Assembly: GCA_020137815.1 (NCBI GenBank)
Contig: CM035361.1
Location: 6,014,001-6,078,000, forward strand
Reading direction: 5' to 3'
Source of the DNA: Hormiphora californensis
Taxonomy: Eukaryota > Animalia > Ctenophora
DNA length: 64,000 nt
The position numbers and the translations under genes were made by a program. Below the pieces are notes generated by a model that saw nothing but the letters and a program-made list of their open reading frames with translations, ran no database searches and had not been told where the DNA came from. Within the stretch, counting starts at the first letter, position 1. Every line of letters begins with the position of its first letter. Shown piece by piece: positions 24,636-35,993 of this stretch.

Positions 24636-25636
24636 TTTTTCTCAGGCTCCACTTGTTAAGATGAGTGTGTTCAAGATGCTGTGAGCAGGGGGGCGCAATG
24701 TAGCTGGGTACTGAGTGCCGTTCGCTAGTACAATCCGCAAACCGACCAACGATGCCGGGGGGTCAAAGAGATACAGCGATTATAAAAGGGGGTAATAAAA
24801 TGAAATGCTAAATACAAAGTAAAAATAGAAACCACGTTCAAGTGTCTCAAACTACAGAGTCTATCTGATGCACAGTTGGGTATCGGTGGCAGCGTCCCCG
24901 AGAATGATTCGTCACATCCTTTTATCCTCCATCCATCGTCTCTGCAGAACTCCGTGACCTTCGTGTCTCCAATCTCGTGACCAACGGGGAGTAGTTTTAA
25001 CATCGTCGTATCGCTGGTGCTAACTCCGATAAGCGGTTGTTCTGTCATTATGATGTCAACTCTGCTAAGAGCATACTGCTTACTGGGCGCGACCTTTATG
25101 CTGAGATAAGAAACTTTTAACTATGGCTACTGTGTAGTGCTGGGAATGAAACCTGCTTTACATGAGAGCCTGTTTAGGATAAAACCTGTTTGTCTGTTCG
25201 AATGACAAACCATGTTACAACATGATGTCTAGGTGGCTAATTTTTTGTCACAAGCTAGTTTTAGGGATTTTGAACCCAAAACCACGTCCAAATCTGCTCG
25301 GAAAATCGAAGAAATTGTTTTATGGCCCTTCTCGGGAGGCTAATTTAGGCCTTTTTTTTAAAACCCCTCTCAAATTTTTGTTTTTGAGGGGCACAAATAA
25401 TCCTTTGAAGGGATAAAACTACTTGACATAACAAATCGAATGCAAAAAACCGCATCAAAAACTATTGAAAATTGAATGAGTTATTAACGTTTTAGTCGTT
25501 GTATCATATATGACTCTAAATGACCTCGAAAAAGAAATTTGAAGTTTCGACATGTAGTTTTTGCTGGGCCCACTGTGTCATATATGACTCTATCGTCCGT
25601 AAGGGAATTCTAGTAACAAATGTCATTTGTGCAAAA

Positions 25637-28034
25637 TGTTAAGATGAGTCTGTTCAAGATGCTGTGAGCAGGGGGATGCAATGTAGCTGGGTACTGAGTG
25701 CCGTTCGCTAGTACAATCCGCAAACCGACCAACGATGCCGGGGGGTCAAAGAGATACAGCGATATAAAAGGGGGTAATAAAATGAAATGCTAAATACAAA
25801 GTAAAAATAGAAACCACGTTCAAGTGTCTCAAACTACAGAGTCTATCTGATGCACAGTTGGGTATCGGTGCAGCGTCCCCGAGAATGATTCGTCACATCC
25901 TTTTATCCTCCATCCATCGTCTCTGCAGAACTCCGTGACCTTCGTGTCTCCAATCTCGTGACCAACGGGGAGTAGTTTTAACATCGTCGTATCGCTGGTG
26001 CTAACTCCGATAAGCGGTTGTTCTGTCATTATGATGTCAACTCTGCTAAGAGCATACTGCTTACTGGGCGCGACCTTTATGCTGAGATAAGAAACTTTTA
26101 ACTATGGCTACTGTGTAGTGCTGGGAATGAAACCTGCTTTACATGAGAGCCTGTTTAGGATAAAACCTGTTTGTCTGTTCGAATGACAAACCATGTTACA
26201 ACAGATCCTTCTCTTTTAATTTGAGCGCTTTTCTTCGTTCTTATTGGGCGAAGAAAAGTGCTCAACGTTTCATTCACGTCAAGCTGCTCTGAAACTAAAC
26301 TGTTCAAAATGGTTGTGGCTGCTGCCACTGGTCTTCCTGGGCTACGTGCCCGACCAAAGCTGTCATCATAATAACCATGGCTGTATAATTTGCATCACTG
26401 TTAATTAATTTTTTAAATGTTCACAACTGCACAACTGTTTACTTTATTGCAGGTTTTCTGTTGCTAGTTTTTGGGTTTATTACCCGATTCAAACTAAATA
26501 GTTGCTGAACATGTCAACCATAGTAAGAAGTGCTGTAAAACCTCTGCTGTTCGGGGTTTTGGAATACTCCAAGTAATCAATAGCCAAACACTGACCGAAC
26601 TCTGTATAAACGATCGGTTTCAATGGGGCACGTTTGAAACTGTGGGGCTGCTTACTTTTTGCACAAGACACACATGCTTCACAATAAAGCTTAAAATGTT
26701 TTCTTTGTTTGTAGAAATAAAACTGCTTTTGGCAACTGTTTAGCGAAATTTCTGCTGATGGGTGCCCATTGTTGTCATGGAAACTGTAAAGTGCTCTCTC
26801 CACAAGTGTTTTGGGTAACACTGCGAGCCTTCTGTCATTTTCTCTGTTATCTGGATCAATCCAGATCTTGTAAAGGATACCATCCTCTACAAACAAGCTG
26901 TTTAGATTCTGCCAATAATGAACTAACTCACTGGAGTGCTTCCTGCTGGACATTGAATCCGGATGTTGACCACTTTCAATCCAGTTAATGACTGTGATCA
27001 AAGTCCTATCATGTTGGTATTCATCAGCTATCTCTTTCAGGTTGATAGCTTTTTTGAGATCCTGTTGACTTGTTCTGAGCACATGGCTGATTCTGCTAAT
27101 TGTGCTATCGGTGCTGTTATCTGTTTGTGTCTTCACACTTTTTGTCTTCTTTTCCGGGTGCCTGCTTAGGTAGTCTGCCATTTGAATATCAGCTGACTCG
27201 CCTGAAGTATGCTTCACAGTGAATCTGTACTGTTCTAGCTCTGCTAACTTTCTATGAATAAAGCTGCCCTCGTTCTTGAAAATAGTTTTCAATGAAAGAA
27301 GAGCCTTGCAGTCTGTTAGTACTGTAAAGTTACGGGCGCCTGCTAAATAAACGCGGTAGTGCTTCAAGGCATGACACAAGCCTAAAAACTCTAACCTAGT
27401 TGCTCCCATCTTCTGCTGGTGTGCGGGAACTGCTTTGGACCAAAATGAAATAGTTCTGCGAGTACCACCTATCTGTTGAGTGAGAGTTGCACCGTGTCCG
27501 ATCTTGCTAGAGTCAATAGTTAACTCGTAAGAATCGTGCGGATCGTCATACTGCGGGATTGCAAGGACGGGTGCTGAGCAAAGTTTCTCTTTTAGTTGCT
27601 CAAATGCTGTTTGGGCACGACTGTCCCATTCAAACTTTTTTCCCTTTCGGAGCAAGCTGTAAAGCGGACCTGCTATTCTGCTGAAGTGCTTGATGTAGTT
27701 CCTGTTGTAGTTAAGAGATCCTAGGAACTTCTGTAACTGTTTCACTGTTTTTGGAGGTTCTAGCTGCGAAATTGCATCTGCTCGAGTAGGGTCAACTTTA
27801 ATTCCCTCTCTGCTGATAAGGTGGCCAAGAAATTTGACCTGTTTTCGAAACAATTGTGTTTTTGTTGGGCTGACTTTGATGTTTGCCCAAGATAATCTTT
27901 CCAATACGAATTGCAACTTCTCAATATGATCTTCCTCACTGTTACTGCCGACTAGGATGTCGTCAAGGAAACAGATCAATGCTTGGAAAGGAACTTTCGA
28001 AAATAACATTCGAATGACAAACCATGTTACAACA
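25637..28034 (-). mobile_element. Internally deleted copy of Gypsy 2
   Basis: LTR 25637-26203; deletion junction at about 26490 (integrase core lost); pol fragment; then only the terminal ~25 bp of the other LTR (28009-28034). Confidence 0.88.
26489..28009 (-). CDS. pol: RT C-terminus, RNase H and integrase zinc-finger fragment (506-aa open frame)
   Basis: CFLDDIL, VKFLGHLIS, LTIDSSKIGHGATL, ATRLEFLG, VLTDCKAL, ADYLSR, H-x4-H...C-x2-C motifs. Confidence 0.9.
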   Translation of the reverse strand: MLFSKVPFQALICFLDDILVGSNSEEDHIEKLQFVLERLSWANIKVSPTKTQLFRKQVKFLGHLISREGIKVDPTRADAISQLEPPKTVKQLQKFLGSLNYNRNYIKHFSRIAGPLYSLLRKGKKFEWDSRAQTAFEQLKEKLCSAPVLAIPQYDDPHDSYELTIDSSKIGHGATLTQQIGGTRRTISFWSKAVPAHQQKMGATRLEFLGLCHALKHYRVYLAGARNFTVLTDCKALLSLKTIFKNEGSFIHRKLAELEQYRFTVKHTSGESADIQMADYLSRHPEKKTKSVKTQTDNSTDSTISRISHVLRTSQQDLKKAINLKEIADEYQHDRTLITVINWIESGQHPDSMSSRKHSSELVHYWQNLNSLFVEDGILYKIWIDPDNRENDRRLAVLPKTLVERALYSFHDNNGHPSAEISLNSCQKQFYFYKQRKHFKLYCEACVSCAKSKQPHSFKRAPLKPIVYTEFGQCLAIDYLEYSKTPNSRGFTALLTMVDMFSNYLV

Positions 28035-30456
28035 TGATGTCTAGGTGGCTAATTTTTTGTCACAAGCTAGTTTTAGGGATTTTGAACCCAAAACCACGTC
28101 CAAATCTGCTCGGAAAATCGAAGAAATTGTTTTATGGCCCTTCTCGGGAGGCTAATTTAGGCCTTTTTTTTAAAACCCCTCTCAAATTTTTGTTTTTGAG
28201 GGGCACAAATAATCCTTTGAAGGGATAAAACTACTTGACATAACAAATCGAATGCAAAAAACCGCATCAAAAACTATTGAAAATTGAATGAGTTATTAAC
28301 GTTTTAGTCGTTGTATCATATATGACTCTAAATGACCTCGAAAAAGAAATTTGAAGTTTCGACATGTAGTTTTTGCTGGGCCCACTGTGTCATATATGAC
28401 TCTATCGTCCGTAAGGGAATTCTAGTAACAAATGTCATTTGTGCAAAAGTATGGGTCCAATAGTCAAATTTTATGCTTTGAGGTAGTCTATAGCTATAAT
28501 TTCTACAATCTTCAACGGTTTTTACTAGAAAAATACCCCAAATTCTACATTTTGTATCATATATGACTCTATGATCGTCCCAATTGGTAAATTCTCCAGA
28601 AACATCCATAACTCGGGCTAGAAAAGGAGCTAAGAGTCAAATCAGGGCACTAAACTGTGTAGAATCATCGCATTAGTGGGGGTAGAGCAGATATTTAGGT
28701 CGCTATCTTGCCCCCTAATTGAGATAATTGGATAATTAGCAAATTATCTGTCCCGCGCATGCTAATAAATGAAACTTTGCTTTGGGAAGGAGTTATGAGG
28801 CAAATGGGGGCACTGAAATGTGTAGAATCATCACATTAGTGGGGTTAGAGCACATATTTAGGTCTCTATCTGGACCCCTAATTGAGATAATTGGATAATT
28901 AGCTAATTAGTTGCCCTCCAGCGCTAAAAAATTAAATTTGGCGGAGTATACAAGACAAATGGGGGCACTAAAATGTGTAAAATCGTCGCCTTAGTAGAGG
29001 CAGAGCACATAGCTGAGTTTCTATTCCCGCTCCTAATTGAGATAATTGGATAATTAGCTAATTGACGGTTGCATAATGCCCCCTTTTCACCATAAACCGT
29101 GGTTTCTGGCTAATCCTGAGCTCTTTTGTTCAATCTAAGGCCCTTCTAGCATCCCTTTACCCATTTGTATCACCTTTGACTCGTTTTACACACTAATATA
29201 GCACTCTATACAACCCTAGACACCGCCTTCAGCTCTTTAGAACCCTCTTGCTTAATCCTTAACCTCTCATAATTTCGAGATCCATACACCTTCCTAACCG
29301 ATTGTTTTTTTGGGATATCCTATTGCTCCTACAAGACGTTCAACCCCTAATGTACTACAGTTTCCCATTTTATTATTGGACACACAGTTTAGATTCCCCC
29401 TACATTATTTCTCCTCATCACTCTCACAATCTCATTTGCCACTAAGGAAACTTCTCATAAACTCCATCGGAAATAAAGATGATCTGTAGAAGGCGTTTAG
29501 TATGGTGTATGAGAGGTCTAGCTAGGAGTAGGATGAAGCAAGGGGGTTGTACAGAGCTGAAGTTGGCGTCTAGGGTTGTATCTAGAGTGCTATATTATTG
29601 TGTAAAACGAGTCAAAGGTGATACAAATGGGGTAAAGGGATGCCAAAAGATCCTTAGATTGAACAAAAGAGCTCAGGATTAGCCAGAAACCACGGTATAT
29701 GGTGAAAAGGGGCATCATGCAACCGTCAATTAGCTAATTATCCAATTATCTCAATTAGGATCTGGAATAGAAACTCAGCTATGTGCTCTGCCCCCACTAA
29801 GGCGACGATTTTACACATTTTAGTGCCCCCATTTGTCTTGTATACTCCGCCAAATTTAATTTTTTAGTGCTGGAGGGCAACTAATTAGCTAATTATCCAA
29901 TTATCTCAATTAGGGGTCCAGATAGAGACCTAAATATGTGCTCTAACCCCACTAATGTGATGATTCTACACATTTTAGTGCCCCCATTTGCCTCATAACT
30001 CCTTCCCAAAGCAAAGTTTCATTTATTAGCATGCGCGGGACAGATAATTGGCTAATTATCCAATTATCTCAATTAGGGGGCAAGATAGCGACCTAAATAT
30101 GTGCTCTACCCCCACTAATGCGATGATTCTACACAGTTTAGTGCACTGATTTGACTCTTAGCTCCTTTTCTAGCCCGAGTTATGGATGTTTTTGGAGAAT
30201 TTACCAAAAATTGGGACGATAGAGTCATATATGATACAAAATGTAGAATTTGGGGTATTTTTCTAGTAAAAACCGTTCAAGATTGTAGAAATTATAGCTA
30301 TAGACTGCCTCAAAGCATAAAATTTGACTATTGGACCCATACTTTTGCACAAATGACATTTGTTACTAGAATTCCCTTACGGACGATAGAGTCATATATG
30401 ACACAGTGGGCCCAGCAAAAACTACATGTCGAAACTTCAAATTTCTTTTTCGAGGT
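28035..30456. mobile_element. Non-autonomous foldback DNA transposon, piggyBac-like
   Basis: About 1-kb inverted arms (28335-29300 / 29490-30456) with recurring (G/A)TCATATATGA(C/T) motifs; probable left terminus TTAA..CCCTTT at about 17293-17305 (noisy). Family call is inference. Confidence 0.7.
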
Positions 30457-30629
30457 AGTTTGTGGTAATAATATCTACTTATAAACGAAAAATTAGAAAA
30501 ATCTATCGAGCCAATCCTTCTCGACCTTAAAGGGCTAAAGGCCTCTACTATACCACTAGTTCTATATGTTACTATACCTCTACAATAGTAAGTATGTGTA
30601 GTGTTTAGGTTCAAATATATTCTCAGTTA

Positions 30630-31578
30630 TATATAGTAGGGTCGGTTGTGGGAAGTTGGGTCTGGAATTTTAAATTTGACTTGCTGATATGATTAGGGAC
30701 TCTATAAAAAGTCCAAAGTACCATCCCACAGGTCTCTACCACCCCCGGTTCACTAATTAGCCGTAATTATGTGATTTATAACGTTATCGCCAATTAGCAC
30801 TAATAATACCAGTTCCTGGTCACTTAGAGCTTAGATTTTGATACCAGCTGATAGAGGATAACTAGATTAGTGGGCATTCAAAATTTTAGGTCGATCGGAG
30901 TTATGGTCAAGGAGTTATAACCGTTTTTCCGTTTGGCTGGCGGTTGGCTGGCACCACGTGGGATTACGGGTTTAGGTCGTCGTGGGAGGTCGTCATTGGT
31001 CGCGTTCGATCGGGCTCGATGAGGTGATCAAAACCTAGTGGGGCCAGACCTTGGCCCCACCCCGTTCTTGGGTTGTTGGGCTTTTTCGGTTTCCCGCCAA
31101 AATATTTTCCCGCCAAAACCGAAAAAGCCTAATAACCCAAGAACGGGGTGGGGCCAAGGTCTGGCCCCACTAGATTTTGATCACTTCATCGAGCCCGATC
31201 GAACGCGACCAATGACGACCTCCCACGACGACCTAAACCCGTAATCCCACGTGGTGCCAGCCAACCGCCAGCCAAACGGAAAAACGGTTATAACTCCTTG
31301 ACCATAACTCCGATCGACCTAAAATTTTGAATGCCCACTAATCTAGTTATCCTCTATCAGCTGGTATCAAAATCTAAGCTCTAAGTGACCAGGAACTGGT
31401 ATTATTAGTGCTAATTGGCGATAACGTTATAAATCACATAATTACGGCTAATTAGTGAACCGGGGGTGGTAGAGACCTGTGGGATGGTACTTTGGACTTT
31501 TTATAGAGTCCCTAATCATATCAGCAAGTCAAATTTAAAATTCCAGACCCAACTTCCCACAACCGACCCTACTATATA
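30630..31578. mobile_element. Near-perfect ~950-bp palindromic (foldback) element in a TA context
   Basis: About 460-bp arms TATAGTAGGGTCGGTTGTGGG / CCCACAACCGACCCTACTATA with very few mismatches and a ~20-bp spacer. Confidence 0.85.
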
Positions 31579-32402
31579 CTAGCTGTGCAAGAAGCCAATG
31601 TATAAACGGTTTTACCATTTGGTCCGGCAGCTGAAGATCTTTCCTTTGTAGGGATATCGTTCCGCCACAGTCGCTCTTCCTTCCCTGGGAGAGAAAAAAC
31701 AATATGAGAGGGAGAAAGAGAAATAGAAAAGTAGCAATATGGATCATGGTGAACTGTCTGGCGCCGCTGCAACCCCGATCTATGCATGTATTATAGTTAA
31801 ACATTGCTCATATTCTATATTTATTTTGTTCATGTGGATATTGGGCGACCCCCCCTGCCACCCCCTCGGCCCCATTAAATTGTATTTTGCCAGAAAAAAG
31901 TTAAGAGCTCTATTTTTTTATTTTTTTTTTATGTCTTCATCGTTCCTATATCTGTCACCCCCCACCACATCATGTGAACCCTGTCAGGCAATTGCTGACC
32001 CTATTTGCTTCAATCACGAAGGCAGGTCAGGCGGGCTAAGTCTGACAGCGTCTATATAACATACATGTGAGGTGGAGTTTGACAGATATCATCTCTGCAG
32101 CCATTTAATTGACCTCGGACTTCCGTATACTACGAGCACCCAATCTCTGGTGCTCTATGCAGTTCTATGCCCAATCACTGACAGTAACGCTTGCAGTATG
32201 TAGTCAATTAAACTTCTTGGCGTAGCATATGACGACACCTTAGAGACTAGTTGAAAAGCAGGGTGTGGAAGCGGGGTCAAATGTTCATGAGCAAGCATGT
32301 ATATGTTCGTGTGTGAGACGGGAGTGAACGCCGTGTGCTGATCGTGCAATTTGATAGTGTTCGTGAAAAATGGTTAAGCTCAAGGGTAAAGATATATAGA
32401 AA

Positions 32403-32445
<43 letters not shown>

Positions 32446-32553
32446 AGATAGAGAGATAGATTAAGATATATATAGAGAAAGGGATAAATTCAATATACAC
32501 CATGCATATAAAGAATAATCCCGGCTGGCTCCTATCGACAGACTGTCCATAGC

Positions 32554-32575
32554 GAGAGAGAGAGTGTGAGAGAGA

Positions 32576-32650
<75 letters not shown>
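32554..32650. repeat. (GA)n microsatellite
   Basis: Direct reading; similar tracts at 33170-33306, 38518-38573, 40870-40960, 44165-44268, 46955-47058 and 56055-56245. Confidence 0.97.
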
Positions 32651-32652
<2 letters not shown>

Positions 32653-33212
32653 CAGAAGGAGAGGACTACCGACCGGATCCACTTTTGCGGGAAAGGACTA
32701 CCAATCACCAATACCCTCGGCCTAAGCTAAGACGCAAACCCGCCCAGTCTGGATGGATACTGCAGCTGCTTCAGTGCAGCACAATAACCGACAGCCACCA
32801 TCACCCCATAAGCCCCCCCCCCCCCGGAAATCCCCAGGCGCAAATGTGGGTTCGGTACTTCCTCTCTCCAGGGTAAATGGTGACCGGAAGAAAAGGCCGG
32901 GTAGGTGACGTGGATGAGTGGCTTGTGATGTACGCATTAAGCTGCGGTAAAGTGCTGGCTGAGTTGACTTGCGTGTTGTGCCAAACTTTGTGTAGATGGT
33001 CAGTACCACAGCCTGTGGCACTGTACCACAGGCTGTGGCACTTTCCACCTTGCCTAAGGAACCCTAACCCTCACCCTAACTCTACCCCGGTGGATAAGTG
33101 AGAAAGAATGGGAGAGAAAGAGTAAGAGATAGAGAGAAAGAGAGAAAGAGAGAGAGAGAAGGAGAGATAGAGAGAGAGAGAGGAGAGATAGAGAGAGAGC
33201 TAGAGAGAGAGC

Positions 33213-33309
<97 letters not shown>

Positions 33310-33447
33310 CTTAAGAGAAGAGTTTATAAGATCGGATGAGATGAGCGATAGAACAGGAAGAAGTAGGGATTACCAAGAAAATCTAACTACCTTAATAGAA
33401 ATAGGGGTCTGGGCAAAACATTCGGATTCCGGAACCCAATCTAATGA

Positions 33448-33547
33448 NNNNNNNNNNNNNNNNNNNNNNNNNNNNNNNNNNNNNNNNNNNNNNNNNNNNN
33501 NNNNNNNNNNNNNNNNNNNNNNNNNNNNNNNNNNNNNNNNNNNNNNN
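33448..33547. other. Assembly gap (100 N)
   Basis: N run. Confidence 1.
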
Positions 33548-34765
33548 CGCACGCAGTATAGCCGCTTATGGCGCCTCCCCACCCCAAAATCCCTTATAGA
33601 CGCACATAACGCATTATAACTGACATAGCGCACCATAAACGCTACATAGCCCATAGACGCATGATAAAGCTTTAAACGCAATCGCTTTTTTAGACGCCGC
33701 GTCTAAAAAAACTGTTTTTTAAAGCCTATAACTACTAGACGAAAACGCTGCCATATTTGAGGCGCAGTTGGGCGAACTATAAACGCATTTTTGTCGCTAA
33801 AAAAGGAAGGGTATAGACGCATTAAACGCATTATAGACGCATGTGGCGAACGATAAGGCCCAATATAGACGCAATTAATAAAAAGGGGGGGAAGAGACTA
33901 AGGGAGGGAGGGAGGGAGGAGGAAAAAGGGGGAAAAAGGGGGAGGGATACGAAAAATGCAGAGACGATGGACACGATCTGAGACAGAGGGACAAGAAAAG
34001 GGGAGAATTAAGATGGGAGTGGGAAAGAGAGTGCGGAGAGGGGGAGTGTAACGCGTGTTTTTCCTTTTCCTTTTTTGGGCCTCTGTCCGTTCTTTTCCCC
34101 CACTCTGCAAGAAAAGACAGACCTGTCTTTTCTGTCTCATTTTTTTTTTTCTTCTCACTCCGCCCCAAACACTATCTTTCCTCTTACCTCTTTTTTATCT
34201 TACTCGTCCCCTTTTGTCCCGTCTTATATCCCCGTTTCTGTCCTGTCCCCCCTCCCTCATCCCTCCCTCCTTTTTCCCCCTCCCTCCCTCCCCCTCTCTC
34301 CCCTCCTTTTTATTTTTCGTCATATTGCGTTTTTATCGATTTCGCACCATGCGGCTATAATGCGCTAAAATGCGTCATACTGTTTCCTTTATATGCGAAA
34401 AAAATGCTTTTATAAAACCCCCAAACTGCCCTCAATATCGCACTGTAGCCTGGAGAAAACTCAAAAAGTGCTTTTTTAAAAAGCACGTTTTTTATAACCC
34501 GGCTTAAAAAAGCGTTTTGCGTCTATAATGCTTCTATCATGCTCTATATGGGTCTAGTACACTAATGTAGCGTTTGGTGCTGCTATATCGTCTATAATGC
34601 GTCTATAGTGCGTCTATAAGGTGTTTTTGGGGGGGGGGTTTTTATTGCGCCTATAATCGGCTATACGCGTCGCGTCTAAAAAATGCGTTTTATTGCTGTT
34701 ATAATGCTCTATATTGCGTCTATAGCTGCTTACGAAATTGCGTCTATATTGCGTGTGTCTAATGG
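33548..34765. mobile_element. Foldback element with TATAGACGC / GCGTCTATA subterminal repeats (noisy, cut by the gap)
   Basis: Inverted arms at about 33548-33875 and 34325-34675 around a purine/pyrimidine core. Confidence 0.6.
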
Positions 34766-35155
34766 TCAAAATTGCTTTTAAAAGTTTTTAAAAGCTCAAT
34801 CGGGTACTGGGTCTTAAAAGTGGGATCCCAAAAATTTCAAAATTCCAATTCCTTTTTTTTAAGTAACAAAAGTTCGAATCCCTACACCATTCCGCTTTTT
34901 TTTCCTTTCCTTTTCCTCCTCTCCCTCTTTCTCCCTCTCCCCCTCTCCCTTCCCTCTTTCCTCTTCTCTCCTCTCCCCTCTTTTTTCTTCCTCTCCCCCC
35001 TCTTCTCCTCTCTCTCTCTCTCACTCATCTCTCTCTCCACACTTTCACCAACTTTGAGTCTCTTTTCAACTGCAGAAGAGCACGGTTCCTAGAAATATAT
35101 TGTTCGAGTATATCTTCAACTATAACGGCCGGGTTGATCTTATCAAACTAAATTT

Positions 35156-35255
35156 TCACATGAAGACCCCCTCCTCAAGTTCCTCCAGGCAGAATCTGAG
35201 TTCACAACACATAATCCGGTGTTCTGTGGTATTGTCCAGTGGATTGTATCGCATC
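35156..35255 (-). CDS. Candidate alternative terminal exon: (R)MRYNPLDNTTEHRIMCCELRFCLEELEEGVFM*
   Basis: Acceptor CTCACACCCTTCTTTTCAG, phase 2, CCEL motif shared with the 38751 and 35852 exons. Confidence 0.7.
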
Positions 35256-35292
35256 CTGAAAAGAAGGGTGTGAGAATAGGTTTGACCCCTAG

Positions 35293-35464
35293 CTAAAAAG
35301 CGTCACGTACACAACACAACCGCAATTTAAAAGTACGGGTGCTTCCCGGCGTGATGTAGAGAAACTTTTTGAGGAGGGGAAAGCGTGCGCGCCAAGAGTC
35401 TCCGTCGCACGTGGGAATCCCCGCGCACAACTCAACAACCCTCGGGAGAGAGCACCGCGCGTTC
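35293..35464 (-). CDS. Candidate alternative terminal exon: (R)NARCSLP...STRTFKLRLCCVRDAF*
   Basis: Acceptor CTGACTTGCAG, phase 2, FKLRLCC motif. Confidence 0.5.
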
Positions 35465-35585
35465 CTGCAAGTCAGTTTTGGGAGGGAGCTGGTTGCGTGC
35501 ATTGTAATTTCCTGCACAAGCAGCTGCAAGGGGGGAGGGAAAACAGTTTAGGGGAATGTGGAAGAACAAAATAAAAATGTTGCCT

Positions 35586-35617
<32 letters not shown>

Positions 35618-35851
35618 GAGAGAAAGAGAGGAGAGAAAGAGAGAAGGGGAAGGGGAAGAGAGAAGGAAGGAAGTGGAAAAGGGTTTTAGGGGGGAGGAGA
35701 GAGGGGGGAAAAAAGGGGAAAAGGGGGAGAAGAAAAAGGAAAAAAAATAGATGAGTGTGTTTGTGTGTCAAGCAGATTGGTGTATGCCATAAAAAATATA
35801 ATTCCCCACTCTTCAAGTTGTCTGATAATTTAGGTCTGATAAAACATGTCA

Positions 35852-35993
35852 TTAGTCATCATCTCCACCACCACACCCCTCATCCACTTTATCCACCAAA
35901 CTCTCTATCACTCCATCACGGGGATCAGTTGCCAACAACTCACAGCATCTGATACGATATTCTGCCCTTCCATCAAGGAGGGAGGTCCGTTTT
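35852..35993 (-). CDS. Candidate alternative terminal exon: (R)KRTSLLDGRAEYRIRCCELLATD...GDDD*
   Basis: Acceptor ATTTACCTCTAG, phase 2, CCEL motif. Confidence 0.7.

Larger units (their letters stand above)
18112..25222 (-). mobile_element. Full-length Ty3/Gypsy LTR retrotransposon 2
   Basis: LTRs at 24654-25222 (clean) and 18112-18715 (noisy), PBS 24640-24651, gag-PR-RT-RH-IN order on the minus strand, PPT AAAAGAGAAGG (clean in the second copy at 26207-26217). Confidence 0.92.

Noticed and set aside
24725-25048. 107-aa ORF within the Gypsy 2 LTR
   Set aside because: Frameshifted in the sister LTR (25829-26029); no recognisable motif.
28328-30484. Mirror-image 93/100-aa ORFs
   Set aside because: Consequence of the foldback arms; no transposase motifs.
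33061-33087. Telomere-like CCCTAA repeats
   Set aside because: Only about 4 degenerate units, interstitial.
32577-33310. RE/LS-rich ORFs here and elsewhere
   Set aside because: Translations of (GA)n microsatellites.
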